From Vicinamibacterales bacterium (GTDB lineage: Bacteria > Acidobacteriota > Vicinamibacteria > Vicinamibacterales > CAVVIG01): a DNA stretch of 64,000 bases. The DNA lies in assembly GCA_965197865.1 (NCBI GenBank), contig CBDANZ010000005.1, forward strand, positions 247,793 through 311,792, in the 5' to 3' direction. Below, piece by piece: positions 1-10,189 of this stretch (positions are counted from its first letter, which is position 1; each line of letters starts with the position of its first letter). The notes beneath the pieces were generated by a model. That model saw only the letters and a list, made by a program, of their open reading frames with translations, was not told the DNA's origin and ran no database searches. The position numbers were made by a program, and so were the translations under genes.

Positions 1-6
1 ATTCTG

Positions 7-126
7 TTATTCAACCAATTTTCTGGCGTGCTCGAGAGTCTTATACACCTCATTGGTTGTCATTCCACGCCTGCGGGCGATGAGGCCAACGGCTCGGCGA
101 CGGCCCGAAGCCGCACGTTTTGTCAT
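7..126 (-). CDS. hypothetical small basic protein (39 aa)
   Basis: ATG 124-126 overlaps the rsmI stop (ATGA). Reads MTKRAASGRRRAVGLIARRRGMTTNEVYKTLEHARKLVE, stop TAA 7-9. No family recognised. Confidence 0.25.
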   Translation of the reverse strand: MTKRAASGRRRAVGLIARRRGMTTNEVYKTLEHARKLVE

Positions 127-858
127 TTCACCAAATTCGGCCAGGATCTCAGGCGCTCGGGCGGGTGCGCCGGGATATTGTTTGGCACGCGATCTATTTC
201 TACCACTACCGTGAGCTCTCCTCGTGGGAGGGCAGAAAGAAGCTCGAGGACGGCTGTAATTGGTCCTCTGATCAATTCTTCGTGGGCCTTTGTCAACTCA
301 CGCCCGACGCAAACGTTGCAATCACCAACGACATGGCGCAGGTGCCGAAGAGTCGCGCGGATCCGATGAGGCGCCTCGAACAAGACGACAGTCCGACCGG
401 CGGGTCTGATGTGCTGAAACCACCTCGTGCGGTCTTTTGACCGAACAGGTGGGAACCCGAGATAATGTGAACGTGTCGGTCGGCAGGCCGGAGACAGCCA
501 GGGCGGCGAGCACGGCACTTGGTCCGGGAACAGGCTCCAGGCGAATGTCGCTCTGGATGGCGGCGCGGATGAGCCGCCCGCCGGGATCGGAGAGCGTCAG
601 CGTGCCGGCGTCTGACACGAGCGCGATATCTTGACCCTGGCGCAGGCTGCCTATCAGTTGTGGTGACTTATGGGCTTCGTTGTGCTCGCGAAGGCTTGTG
701 GTGGGCGTCGGAATCGCGTGGCGGGCCAGCTGATGGGCCGTGCGACGAGTATCCTCGGCTGCGATGAGCGCAACGTCACGCAAGACGCGCAGCGCCCGGG
801 CGGTGACGTCTTCGAGGTTCCCGATCGGCGTGGCGACCACGAACAGCGTGCCCGGCAT
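123..858 (-). pseudogene. rsmI: 16S rRNA 2'-O-methyltransferase RsmI, frameshifted
   Basis: From ATG 858: MPGTLFVVATPIGNLEDVTARALRVLRDVALIAAEDTR (tetrapyrrole-methylase fold) in ORF 322-1188. The C-terminal half LGFPPVRSKDR..VLFEAPHRI..GRELTKAHEE lies in ORF 123-518. Frames differ by 1 nt, switching near 470-480 (..PTDTF / HYLGFPP..). Confidence 0.8.
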
Positions 859-942
859 GGAACGGCAGAGTTTATTGTACCATTGAGAGTATCGTGTCGC
901 CTGGGCATGGTACCGTCCAGCACTCTCATGACTGTGTGAGCC

Positions 943-2601
943 ATGCGTCTTTTCGAGCCTCTGCCGCATTTTGTCGACGACCTTCTCGGGTACCTCCACG
1001 AGACGCACGCCACGTATGCAACGCTCGACGGCGTTCATACGTATGACGACCTGATCGAGGATCTCAGCCGATCGGCCATCGAGGGCCAGGCGCATGCGCT
1101 CGCCGGCTACCTGCGACGGCTCAACGAAATCCCTGCAGAGAGGCTGACCGAGGTCGAAGGGCTCGAGCACCGCATGCTCGCCAGCCACGTCCGCGCCAGG
1201 ATGTTTGAGCTCGAAGAGGTCCGCACGTGGGAGAAGAGCCCGCAGTACTACGCCGACATCATCGCGTCGAGCGTTGCCGGGCAGACGCTCTTCACGTATG
1301 CGCCGGCCCCCGAGCGCGCGCGCCGCGTGCTGTCCAAGCTACGGCAGACGTCGAGGCTTATTCAGGCGGCGCGCGATAATGTCAGGGATCCGCCAGGCAT
1401 CTTCGTCAAGGTCGGCATCGAGACGTTTCGCGGCACGCTGAAGTTCATCGAGCAGGATCTGCCGCGCGCGTTCTCCAGGCTCGACGATCAGCACCTGCTC
1501 GGCGATCTGGCGGACGCGCAGGCGGAAGCGTCACAGGCCATTGGCGCTTACCTCGAGCACCTCGAGAACGAGGTCGCGCCACGGGCCCGTGCGTCGTTCC
1601 GCATCGGACGGGAGAAGTTCGAGCAGAAAGTGAAGCTCGATGAAGGGCTCTCGCTGCCGATGGATCGGCTCCTCGCCATCGCTACGCGCGAGCTGAAGAC
1701 GACGCAGGAGGCCTTTAGGAGCGCCGCCGGGCGCATGAACGGCGGCGACCCGCTCGAGACGTGGGCGCGGACCAAGGCCGAGCATCCGGCGCCGGGTGAG
1801 CTGGTGGCGGTCGGACGGCAGCAGCTCGACGAGCTGCGGACGTACCTGGAGCGTCAGTCGATCGTCACTCTGCCGGCAGGCGAACCGATTACGGTAGCGC
1901 CGACGCCCGATTTCTACCGCTGGTCGTTTGCGAGCATGTGGACGCCGGGCCCCCTCGAGAGCAAGCCGACCGGCGCGTACTACTATCTAACCGATGTCGA
2001 TCCAAGGTGGCCGGCCGAGCGCCAGCAGGAACACCTGCGCGATTACAACTACCCGACGCTGTGGTCGATCTCCATCCACGAGGTGTATCCCGGTCACTTT
2101 CTCCACTATCAGCACCTCCGGCGGGTAGAGTCGAAGGTGCGGAGGTCGATCATGTTCGCGCCTTCGTCGTTTGTCGAAGGCTGGGCGCACTACTGCGAGC
2201 AGATGATGATCGAAGCGGGCTTCGGCAGGGAAGATCACGCCGTCAAGCTCGGTCAGCTCGCGGAGTCGCTCACCCGGTTGATGCGGGTTATCGTCGGCAT
2301 CAGGCTCCACACCGAGGATCTCTCGGTCGAGCAGGGCGTGCGCCTTTTCCGCGACGAGGCCTACATGGAGGAAGCGAGCGCGCGCCGCGAGGCCGAGCGA
2401 GGCACCTTCGATCCGACCTACCTCGTGTACACCGTCGGGAAGCTGATGCTGCTCAAGCTGCGGCAGGACTGCAAGCAGCGGCAGGGGAGATCGTTCTCGC
2501 TCAGGACGTTCCACGATACGCTACTCGCCCAGGGGACCGCCCCGCTCTGGCTGCACCGGCACCTGATGCTTGGCGCCGGCAGCGGGGACGTGTTGGAATA
2601 G
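943..2601 (+). CDS. DUF885 family protein
   Basis: 552-aa ORF with the DUF885-type HExxPGH signature (SISIHEVYPGHFLHYQH). Length typical of the family. Confidence 0.85.
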   Translation: MRLFEPLPHFVDDLLGYLHETHATYATLDGVHTYDDLIEDLSRSAIEGQAHALAGYLRRLNEIPAERLTEVEGLEHRMLASHVRARMFELEEVRTWEKSPQYYADIIASSVAGQTLFTYAPAPERARRVLSKLRQTSRLIQAARDNVRDPPGIFVKVGIETFRGTLKFIEQDLPRAFSRLDDQHLLGDLADAQAEASQAIGAYLEHLENEVAPRARASFRIGREKFEQKVKLDEGLSLPMDRLLAIATRELKTTQEAFRSAAGRMNGGDPLETWARTKAEHPAPGELVAVGRQQLDELRTYLERQSIVTLPAGEPITVAPTPDFYRWSFASMWTPGPLESKPTGAYYYLTDVDPRWPAERQQEHLRDYNYPTLWSISIHEVYPGHFLHYQHLRRVESKVRRSIMFAPSSFVEGWAHYCEQMMIEAGFGREDHAVKLGQLAESLTRLMRVIVGIRLHTEDLSVEQGVRLFRDEAYMEEASARREAERGTFDPTYLVYTVGKLMLLKLRQDCKQRQGRSFSLRTFHDTLLAQGTAPLWLHRHLMLGAGSGDVLE

Positions 2602-2616
2602 CTGAGAGTTGGAGAG

Positions 2617-2961
2617 ATGCCTCTTTACGAGTACGAGTGCGACGTCTGCGGAGATCGCTTCGAGACGATCCAGAAATTTTCCGACCGATCGCCCCAGAGC
2701 TGCCCGAAATGCGGAGGCGTCGTGCACAAGCTTCAGTCCGCGCCGGCGATTCAGTTCAAGGGCAGCGGGTGGTACGTCACCGATTACGCGAAGAAAGATC
2801 GGGGCTCGTCGGAGAAGACCGGCGAGGGCACCAAAGACACGGCGGCGGGCGGGACCGAGACGACCGGAAAGGCCGACAAGACGGACAAGACGGACAAGAC
2901 CGACAAGACCGACAAGAGCCCCACTGCGGACGCTAAAGGGTCAACAAAGTCGGACGTCTAG
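2617..2961 (+). CDS. FmdB-family zinc-ribbon protein with low-complexity tail
   Basis: MPLYEYECDVCGDRFE..CPKCGG (CxxC..CxxC), GSGWY motif, C-terminal DKT repeats. Confidence 0.85.
   Translation: MPLYEYECDVCGDRFETIQKFSDRSPQSCPKCGGVVHKLQSAPAIQFKGSGWYVTDYAKKDRGSSEKTGEGTKDTAAGGTETTGKADKTDKTDKTDKTDKSPTADAKGSTKSDV
2875..2916 (+). repeat. 9-bp coding tandem repeat GACAAGACS x ~4.7 (DKTDKTDKTDKTDK)
   Basis: Read directly: gacaag acg gacaag acg gacaag acc gacaag acc gacaag, inside the FmdB-like CDS. Confidence 0.9.
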
Positions 2962-2969
2962 AGTTACCC

Positions 2970-3920
2970 CTATCTCTTCCCGGCGGGAACCTGTAGCTCC
3001 AGGGATGAGAGGTAGGCGGAGAACGGTTCCGCGAGGTCGGGCCGCCGCAGCGCGAAGTACACCACCGCTCTGAGGAAGCCGAGCTTGTTGCCGGTGTCGT
3101 GACGGACGCCTTTGATCTCGCACGCAAAGATCGGTCGCTTTCTTAGCAGCTCGCGCAGCCCGTTGGTGAGCTCAATTTCGCCGGTCGGGTCGCTCTTCGT
3201 TGACGCGAGCGCCGGAAAGATGTCGGGTGTAAGAATGTAGCGACCGATGATGGCGAGATCCGACGGCGCTTCATGCTTCGGCGGCTTCTCCACCAGATCG
3301 CGCACCTGATAGATGCCGTCGCCGAGGCTCGCCGAGCCGTCGGGCGCAATGACGCCGTAGCTCGAGATGTCGTCGCGCGGCACACGTTCAACCGCCAGGA
3401 CAGGGCCGCCCACGCGCTCGAAGACGTCGATCATCTGCTTGAGCGCCGGCGGATCGGCGTCGATCACGTCGTCTGCCAGGATGACGGCAAACGGCTCGGG
3501 CCCGACCAGCTCTCGCGCGACGAGCACGGCGTGGCCGAGGCCAAGCGGCTTGCCCTGCCGCACGTAGCCGAAATTGATCAGGTTCGAGATCTTCCGCACC
3601 TCATCGAGCTGCTCGCGCTTGCCTCTCGCTTCGAGAAAGGTCTCGAGCTCGACGAAGACGTCGAAGTGATCTTCGATGGCGTACTTTCCGCGACCGGTCA
3701 CGAGAATGATGTTGTCCACGCCGGAGGCGACCGCTTCCTCGACGCCGTACTGAATAATCGGCTTGTCGACGAGCGGCAACATCTCCTTGGGCTGGGCCTT
3801 GGTGGCCGGAAGGAATCGCGTGCCGAGACCTGCGGCTGGGAAAACGGCCTTGCGGACGAGGGATCTCACCTCGGAATCGTAGCAGAGGGTGGGGGCCGTC
3901 GGCGAATATACAATGCTCAT
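2970..3920 (-). CDS. galU: UTP--glucose-1-phosphate uridylyltransferase
   Basis: [40 protein letters not shown], ..LVEKPP.. motifs. 316 aa. Confidence 0.9.
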   Translation of the reverse strand: MSIVYSPTAPTLCYDSEVRSLVRKAVFPAAGLGTRFLPATKAQPKEMLPLVDKPIIQYGVEEAVASGVDNIILVTGRGKYAIEDHFDVFVELETFLEARGKREQLDEVRKISNLINFGYVRQGKPLGLGHAVLVARELVGPEPFAVILADDVIDADPPALKQMIDVFERVGGPVLAVERVPRDDISSYGVIAPDGSASLGDGIYQVRDLVEKPPKHEAPSDLAIIGRYILTPDIFPALASTKSDPTGEIELTNGLRELLRKRPIFACEIKGVRHDTGNKLGFLRAVVYFALRRPDLAEPFSAYLSSLELQVPAGKR

Positions 3921-3925
3921 CTGCC

Positions 3926-5221
3926 ATGATCGATCCCATCGTCGTTCGCGACCATATCGAGGACGTGCGGACCGGCCTGCGTAACCGGGGGCTCCATCTC
4001 GACAAGACGCTCGAGGACATTGCGACGCTTGAAACCGCCCGCCGTCGGCTCATCCCGGAGCTCGAAGGTCTTAGGCGGCTGCAGAACACATCGGGCGACG
4101 AGATTGCTCGCGCGAAGCGGCAGGGGCGCGACACGACTCCCGTGCAGGAAGCCAACCGGCTGCGTGCGCAGCAGATTAAGCAGCTCAACATTCAGCTCGA
4201 TTCGATCGAGCACCAGCGGACCGAGGTGTTGCTGACGGTCCCCAACCTCCCGCACTCGAGCGCGCCGGTTGGGAGCAGCCCGGCCGACAACGTAGAAGTC
4301 GGCCGCCACGGCAAGCCCCGAGCCTTTGATTTCGAGCCCAAGCCGCATTGGGATCTCGGGCCCGAGCTCGGCATCCTCGACTTCGAGCGCGCCACGCGCA
4401 TCGCTGGGGCGCGATTTTCCGTGCTCTCTGGCGCCGGCGCGCGATTGTCGCGGGCGCTCATCAACTTCATGCTCGATCTCCACACGCGTGAGCACGGCTA
4501 CCGCGAAGTGGAGCCGCCGTTTCTGGTGAACAGCGCCTCGCTCGTCGGCACGGGCAACCTGCCAAAGTTCGAGGCGGATCTGTTCAAGATTGCCGGCGAC
4601 TGGGATCTCTATCTCGTGCCGACGGCCGAAGTCCCGCTGACAAATCTTCATCGCGGGGAGATTCTCGAGGGCCGTCAGCTACCGCTGCGCTACACGGCGT
4701 ACACGCCCTGTTTCCGGAGCGAGGCCGGCTCCTACGGCCAGGACGTGCGCGGGTTGATCCGCCAGCATCAGTTCGACAAGGTGGAGCTGATGAAGTTCAC
4801 GACGCCGAAGGGTTCCTATGAGGAGCTCGACTTGCTGACCGCCGACGCCGAGCAGGTGTTGAAGCGCCTCGAGCTGCCGTATCGCACGGTGCTGCTGTGC
4901 ACGGGTGACCTGGGGTTTGCGTCAGCGAAGACTTACGACATCGAGGTCTGGCTGCCGAGCCAGAAGACGTACCGCGAGATCTCCTCCTGCAGCAACACGG
5001 AAGCGTTTCAGGCGCGGCGCGGGAACATCAAGTTCCGCGCCGGCGGCACCGGCAAAGCGGAGTTCGTCCACACGCTCAACGGATCGGGCCTCGCGGTCGG
5101 CCGGACGCTCGTCGCGATTCTCGAAAACTGCCAGCAGAAGGACGGGTCTGTCGTGATTCCGACCGCGCTCAGGCCCTACATGGACGGGAAGGAAACTATC
5201 GAACCGAGTCGATCGTCTTGA
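3926..5221 (+). CDS. serS: serine--tRNA ligase
   Basis: 431 aa. N-terminal coiled-coil arm, class II motifs [25 protein letters not shown] and [16 protein letters not shown]. Confidence 0.95.
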   Translation: MIDPIVVRDHIEDVRTGLRNRGLHLDKTLEDIATLETARRRLIPELEGLRRLQNTSGDEIARAKRQGRDTTPVQEANRLRAQQIKQLNIQLDSIEHQRTEVLLTVPNLPHSSAPVGSSPADNVEVGRHGKPRAFDFEPKPHWDLGPELGILDFERATRIAGARFSVLSGAGARLSRALINFMLDLHTREHGYREVEPPFLVNSASLVGTGNLPKFEADLFKIAGDWDLYLVPTAEVPLTNLHRGEILEGRQLPLRYTAYTPCFRSEAGSYGQDVRGLIRQHQFDKVELMKFTTPKGSYEELDLLTADAEQVLKRLELPYRTVLLCTGDLGFASAKTYDIEVWLPSQKTYREISSCSNTEAFQARRGNIKFRAGGTGKAEFVHTLNGSGLAVGRTLVAILENCQQKDGSVVIPTALRPYMDGKETIEPSRSS

Positions 5222-5711
5222 GGTGAATCTGGGGGCTGACGAGCATCGCTCGCTGAAGATCCGGCAGTGAAGCTTCCCCCTGGTTCTCGATGCCGACCAG
5301 GATCTTGCCGTCCGTCACCTCGGGATCGTACAGCGCCGGCCGCCGGCGCAGAAGGCCGCCCGTGAAGAGCAGTGTGACCACGGTCGCCACAATCGCACCG
5401 AGCATTGTCAGCTCGAACATCACGATCAAGGTCGGCCACCAGCTCATAAGGGGCATGTTGCCGGTCTGCAGCGGCCACGCGGTCTGGGTCTTCCACGACA
5501 GCCATGTGCCGAAGCTCATGCCCAGGAGTCCACCCCCGCTGGCGATGTACCACAGCCAGGTCGCCTGGTTCATCTCGCTGAACCGATAGCCTTCCATCGG
5601 TTCGCCGGTGACGACGGTGATGTCGCGATCGGGGAAGCCGGCCGCCTGCAGGGCGTTGACGGCCCGCTGCGCCGAATCGCCGTCCGGATAGAGGGCGTAA
5701 ACAGCTCTCAC
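5196..5711 (-). CDS. DUF3341 / ActD-like membrane subunit of quinol oxidoreductase complex
   Basis: GTG 5709-5711 overlaps the nrfD-like stop (GTGA). [26 protein letters not shown].. followed by two TM helices. Upstream part of ORF 5196-5978 overlaps nrfD and is not credible. Confidence 0.75.
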   Translation of the reverse strand: MRAVYALYPDGDSAQRAVNALQAAGFPDRDITVVTGEPMEGYRFSEMNQATWLWYIASGGGLLGMSFGTWLSWKTQTAWPLQTGNMPLMSWWPTLIVMFELTMLGAIVATVVTLLFTGGLLRRRPALYDPEVTDGKILVGIENQGEASLPDLQRAMLVSPQIHLKTIDSVR

Positions 5712-7063
5712 GCGTGCATCTCTCCCAGTGGATGCTCCGCCGTCGCTGCTGGATAGAGCGCGGGCGAGGGATGTTGTCCGGCCTTCAGCTCCCAGATCGA
5801 AATGATCGGCACAAACTTCGTAAACAGCACGTACAACAACGCCATGGCGGCGAACGTCGAGCAGGTGATGAGAATTTCCACCGGCTGCGGGCGATAGACG
5901 CCCCACGCGTACGGAAGGTACTTGTGCCCCAGCGACGGCACAATGATCAGGAATCGCTCCAGCCACATCCCGATGCACACGGCGAAGGACGCGACCACCG
6001 TGCCCCGGATGGTGCGGAGCTTTCTGATGGACAGAATCGTGAACGGCACGACGAAATTACAGGCGATCATCGTCCAGTAAAGAGGCGCGAACGAACCATG
6101 CTGGGTGGCGTAGAAGACCGCCATCTCTGACGGTTCGTTGCCGTACCACACGGTGATGCGCTCGGCGAACAGGAAGTAGCTCCAGAGCAGGCTCATCATC
6201 AGGAGCAGCTTGCCAAGATTGTCGAAGTGCACGGCGTGCAGGTACGCTTCGAGATGGAGGAATTTCCTGAGCGCTGCCATCGCGATGATGAGGGCGGCAA
6301 TGCCGCTGAAGATTGCGCCCGCCACGAAGTAGGGACCCAAGATCGTCGAATGCCACATGGGCACGATCGCCATCGAGAAGTCAAACGAGACGATCGTGTG
6401 GACTGACACCGCCACTGGAATGATGGCGATCGTCATGATGCGCATCGCCGATTCAAGGCGATTCCACTGCTTCGCGGTACCACGCCAGCCGAGCGCCAGC
6501 ACGCCGTAGACCCGGTGCCGCATCCCGGTGGATCGATCGCGCACCAACGCGAAATCCGGGATCATGGGGAGAAAGAGGAACAATAGGCTGCCGGTCAAAT
6601 AGGTCATGATCGCGAAGAAGTCCCAGAGGAGGGGGGAACGGAAGTTCGGCCAGAGCATCCGCCCGTTGGGGAGCGGCATGAGCCAGAAGAACAGCCACGG
6701 CCGGCCGAGATGAATGATGGGAAAGAGTGCCCCAATCATGAGGGCGAAGACCGTGATCACCTCGGCGCACCGGGTGACCGGCTGGCGCCAGCCGGCGTCG
6801 ACCAGCCGCAAGATCGCGGAGATCAACGTGCCGGCGTGGCTGATCCCGATCCAGAACACGAAGTTCGTGATATAGAAAGCCCAGTAGATCGGCGACGCCA
6901 TTCCGGTGAGTCCGAAGCCGTGATACACCTGAGCCGCCCATGCCATGAGGCCCACCAGGACAACGCCGCCGAGGCAGGCCACCAACAGGTAAAAACGCCA
7001 AGACGTGCGCAGCAGCGGGCCGAGGAGATCGTCGGCGATCTGACGATCCGTGAAACCGCTCAC
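5708..7063 (-). CDS. NrfD/PsrC-type polytopic quinone-interacting membrane subunit
   Basis: 451 aa, multi-TM. Sits directly after the 4Fe-4S subunit with a 4-nt overlap. Confidence 0.85.
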   Translation of the reverse strand: MSGFTDRQIADDLLGPLLRTSWRFYLLVACLGGVVLVGLMAWAAQVYHGFGLTGMASPIYWAFYITNFVFWIGISHAGTLISAILRLVDAGWRQPVTRCAEVITVFALMIGALFPIIHLGRPWLFFWLMPLPNGRMLWPNFRSPLLWDFFAIMTYLTGSLLFLFLPMIPDFALVRDRSTGMRHRVYGVLALGWRGTAKQWNRLESAMRIMTIAIIPVAVSVHTIVSFDFSMAIVPMWHSTILGPYFVAGAIFSGIAALIIAMAALRKFLHLEAYLHAVHFDNLGKLLLMMSLLWSYFLFAERITVWYGNEPSEMAVFYATQHGSFAPLYWTMIACNFVVPFTILSIRKLRTIRGTVVASFAVCIGMWLERFLIIVPSLGHKYLPYAWGVYRPQPVEILITCSTFAAMALLYVLFTKFVPIISIWELKAGQHPSPALYPAATAEHPLGEMHA

Positions 7064-7752
7064 ACTTGCACCTGCCGCTGAAGGTAGGTGACCTTCGGTT
7101 GTGTGCCCAGCTCTTCGAGAAGCTTGCTCCCTCGAGACGAACGCGCCAGCTGCGAGACTTCACTCTCTGGATCGTTAAGATCGCCGAAGACAATGGCTTT
7201 AGTCGGGCAGGCCTGCGCGCACGCCGTCGTAAATTCGCCGTCCTTGAGCTCGCGATCTTCAGCCTTGGCCTGGATCTTCGCCCCGCTGATTCGCTGCACA
7301 CAGAACGTACATTTCTCAACGACGCCGACTGGCCGAATCGAGACGTCGGGGTTCAGTTGCAAATGAAGCGGCTTGTCCCACGTCGGGTTGAAGAAGTTGA
7401 AGAGCCGCACGCTGTACGGGCACGCATTAGCGCAGTAGCGCGTGCCGATGCAGCGGTTGTAAACTTGCGCGTTCAGGCCTTCAGCGGTGTGATGGCTGGC
7501 GAAGGTCGGACACACCGGCTCGCACGGCGCGGCATCGCACTGCTGACACAGCACCGGCCGGAACTTCAGGCGGGCATCCGGAAACTCGCCCTCCCAGTAG
7601 CGTTCGACCCTGATCCAATGCATGGCGCGGCCGCGCGCGGCCTGGGCATCGCCGACGGTCGGGATATTGTTTTCCGCATGACAGGCCGTCACGCACGCTG
7701 CGCAGCCGGTGCAGCGGTCCAGATCGACCGCCATTCCCCAACGATAGGCCAT
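7060..7752 (-). CDS. 4Fe-4S ferredoxin-type electron-transfer subunit (PsrB/ActB2-like)
   Basis: MAVDLDRCTGCAACVTACHAENN, CQQCDAAPCEPVCP, CIGTRYCANACP, CTFC..CAQACP cysteine clusters. Confidence 0.9.
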   Translation of the reverse strand: MAYRWGMAVDLDRCTGCAACVTACHAENNIPTVGDAQAARGRAMHWIRVERYWEGEFPDARLKFRPVLCQQCDAAPCEPVCPTFASHHTAEGLNAQVYNRCIGTRYCANACPYSVRLFNFFNPTWDKPLHLQLNPDVSIRPVGVVEKCTFCVQRISGAKIQAKAEDRELKDGEFTTACAQACPTKAIVFGDLNDPESEVSQLARSSRGSKLLEELGTQPKVTYLQRQVQV

Positions 7753-7887
7753 CGTGTGATCTCCCGCGACTGACGACTAGTCGCGCGTTTGACGCTTCGA
7801 TACATCGTTTCGAGCCATTCTCGAGCCTGGCGAGCCAAGCTTGTGTACCGCGGATTCGTACCCACGAGACTAGTTTCACTACTTTCA

Positions 7888-10176
7888 CTACCGAGGCTCA
7901 CCGTTGTACGGATGCTCCCGCGTCTCCCCCGCGAACATGATGAGACGGTCATCCGGATCGCTGACCCGCGTGATGCGCACGCGTGTAGCCGCCCAGGCTA
8001 GCGCACCCGTTTCGGCTTCGGCGAGCGGCGCGACTATGCCGATCGGATTCGCGCCCCGGCCGCTCGCGTACCTTGTGAACGTCTGGTGCCCCTGCCCGAC
8101 CGGCATGGCGACCATGTCGGGCGCCAGGCCGGGCGAGAGAATCGCCGCCGCCTGCACCGCGCCATGACCCGACGCGATCTCCACTACGTCGCGCTCGCGA
8201 ATTCCCAGACGCTCGGCAGTGGCCGGATTGATCTCGACCCAGCTGCTCCACATCGCCGACACGAGCGGATCGGGCAGTTCCTGCAGCCAGGGTAGATGTG
8301 CCAGCGACCCGTCCAGGAATGCGTTCGACGCGTACGGCAGGAAATGAAACGGATACTGCTGCCCTTCGCCGTCGAACTGCGGTTCGGCGAAGGCAAACGT
8401 GCGGGCCGACGCCTTCTCCCCGGTCGATGAAGCTGTTCCAATGCCCTCTGGCAGCTCGCCCCACCAACCGCCCCGTTTTCGTGCGGCCGCCCACGGATCA
8501 CCGCCCGCTTCTTCCGGCGGCAGGGACGCGAACGCCGCGTTCAGCATGTCCTCGAAGGTCGGCCACGGAAGCTCGAGCGGACGACCCAGACGCCGCGCGA
8601 TTTCGAGGAGAACGTCGGGTATGGCGCGCGTCTGGTGAAGCGGGAGCATGGCCGGAGGCGCGACACTCGCCACTGCGATGGTAGCGCCCGACTCGGGCAC
8701 CCGGTCGATCCATGATTCGAGGAACGAATGGTCGGGCAGAATCAGATCGGCCAGAACGCTGGTCTCGTCCAGAAAGCTTCCGAAGCTGGCGATGAACGGA
8801 ACCTTCTCAACTGCCTCGCGCACCCTCCAGGCTGGCGGCGTTGCAAAGACCGGATTCGCGTCATCGATCAGCAGCACCTGGACCGACGAAGGACCGGTCG
8901 CCAGAATGATCGAGGCCAGCTCGGCAATCGAATGCGGCTGGGGAGCGGCCGTTCGCGCCTGCTGACTGCCGCCCGTCGCCTGCAGACTGAGCTGCGGCGT
9001 GAAGAAGACGCCTCCCGGCTCTCCGACACCGCCGACGAGCGCGTTGAGCGCGTTGACGGCAAGGGCGCTGAACAGGCCGTTGGTGTGCGCAAGCGGAGGC
9101 CCGCCGATGATGGCGACAGCGGGACCAAACTCGGCGAACTCGCGCGCGAGCCGCTCGACTCGGCTAGCTGCGACACCCGTCAGCTTCTCGACACGATCGG
9201 GCGCGTAGTTGGTGAGACCGGCCGACCATCCCTCGATGAGCGCGCCGGCGCGAGAGGCGGCGGCGCCCCTGTCCGCTGGCCGCAGCCTGTCCCTGATAAT
9301 GACGTGAGCGAGCCCGAGAGCCAGCACGCCTTCGGTACCCGGACGGACCGGCACCCAGTGGTCGGCGTTCGCGCCCGTTTGCGTCATTCGCGCTTCGACC
9401 TGTACGAGCGCCCCGCGCACGCCCGGCCGGCCCTGCCGCATCCGGCCGTAGGCGGCGCTCTGCGCCACCGGGGAATTCCACGTGCCAAGAAAATCGGCGC
9501 CGAAACTGATCACGTACCGCGCGTTCGCGAGATCGAAAGTCGGCAACTGTGCGCGTCCGAAGCTCAGGTCGTTGGCGCGGCGCAGGACCTCCTCGTCGAA
9601 GAGCTCAAAGGCGACCGGGCCAGGGGCGCCGAACCGCGCAAGAAACTGCTCGACCAGCGCGCGCCGCTGGCCGGTGACCGGCCGCATCACGAGGGCCAAC
9701 GCTTGCTGATCGCCTGCCGTTTCGAGCCCGTCGAGATGCGACAGGAGTTCTGTGAGGGCCTCTTCCCAGCTCACTTCCTCGAAACGGCCGTTGCCACGCG
9801 AGCCGGATCGCTTCAACGGATGTCGGATGCGGTCTGGATGATAGGTAACCTGAATGCCCGCCTGGCCGCGCGCGCACAGTCCGCCCTGGCTGATCGGATG
9901 CGTGAGGCTTCCTTCGAGCTTCTTGGCCACGCCCATTCGAACCAGCCCGGGCTGTCCGTTGCGGACCACCTCGGCGTCCGCCTCCATGACGCGTACGCTC
10001 AAGCCGCACCCGCTGCGGCAAAGTGGGCAGACGCTTGGCTTCCACTGTGCAACACCCGGCACCAGCTCCTCTTCAGGGATGAAGCGAATCAGCTGATGTT
10101 CGAGGGTGTCACAGCTCGCCGCCGAGGCTCCTGCGCCTGCAATCGCGGTGAGCTTGATGAAGGAGCGGCGGTCCAT
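7888..10176 (-). CDS. TAT-exported molybdopterin oxidoreductase catalytic subunit (PsrA/ActB1-like)
   Basis: MDRRSFIKLTAIAGAGASAASC twin-arginine signal. N-terminal CPLCRSGCG..C FS0-type cluster motif. 762 aa. Confidence 0.9.
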   Translation of the reverse strand: MDRRSFIKLTAIAGAGASAASCDTLEHQLIRFIPEEELVPGVAQWKPSVCPLCRSGCGLSVRVMEADAEVVRNGQPGLVRMGVAKKLEGSLTHPISQGGLCARGQAGIQVTYHPDRIRHPLKRSGSRGNGRFEEVSWEEALTELLSHLDGLETAGDQQALALVMRPVTGQRRALVEQFLARFGAPGPVAFELFDEEVLRRANDLSFGRAQLPTFDLANARYVISFGADFLGTWNSPVAQSAAYGRMRQGRPGVRGALVQVEARMTQTGANADHWVPVRPGTEGVLALGLAHVIIRDRLRPADRGAAASRAGALIEGWSAGLTNYAPDRVEKLTGVAASRVERLAREFAEFGPAVAIIGGPPLAHTNGLFSALAVNALNALVGGVGEPGGVFFTPQLSLQATGGSQQARTAAPQPHSIAELASIILATGPSSVQVLLIDDANPVFATPPAWRVREAVEKVPFIASFGSFLDETSVLADLILPDHSFLESWIDRVPESGATIAVASVAPPAMLPLHQTRAIPDVLLEIARRLGRPLELPWPTFEDMLNAAFASLPPEEAGGDPWAAARKRGGWWGELPEGIGTASSTGEKASARTFAFAEPQFDGEGQQYPFHFLPYASNAFLDGSLAHLPWLQELPDPLVSAMWSSWVEINPATAERLGIRERDVVEIASGHGAVQAAAILSPGLAPDMVAMPVGQGHQTFTRYASGRGANPIGIVAPLAEAETGALAWAATRVRITRVSDPDDRLIMFAGETREHPYNGEPR

Positions 10177-10189
10177 CAGACACGCATTC

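Noticed and set aside
2875-2916. Tandem repeat as a possible CRISPR or VNTR locus.
   Set aside because: The unit is only 9 bp with no spacers, and it is entirely in frame inside a CDS, where it encodes a DKT low-complexity tail.
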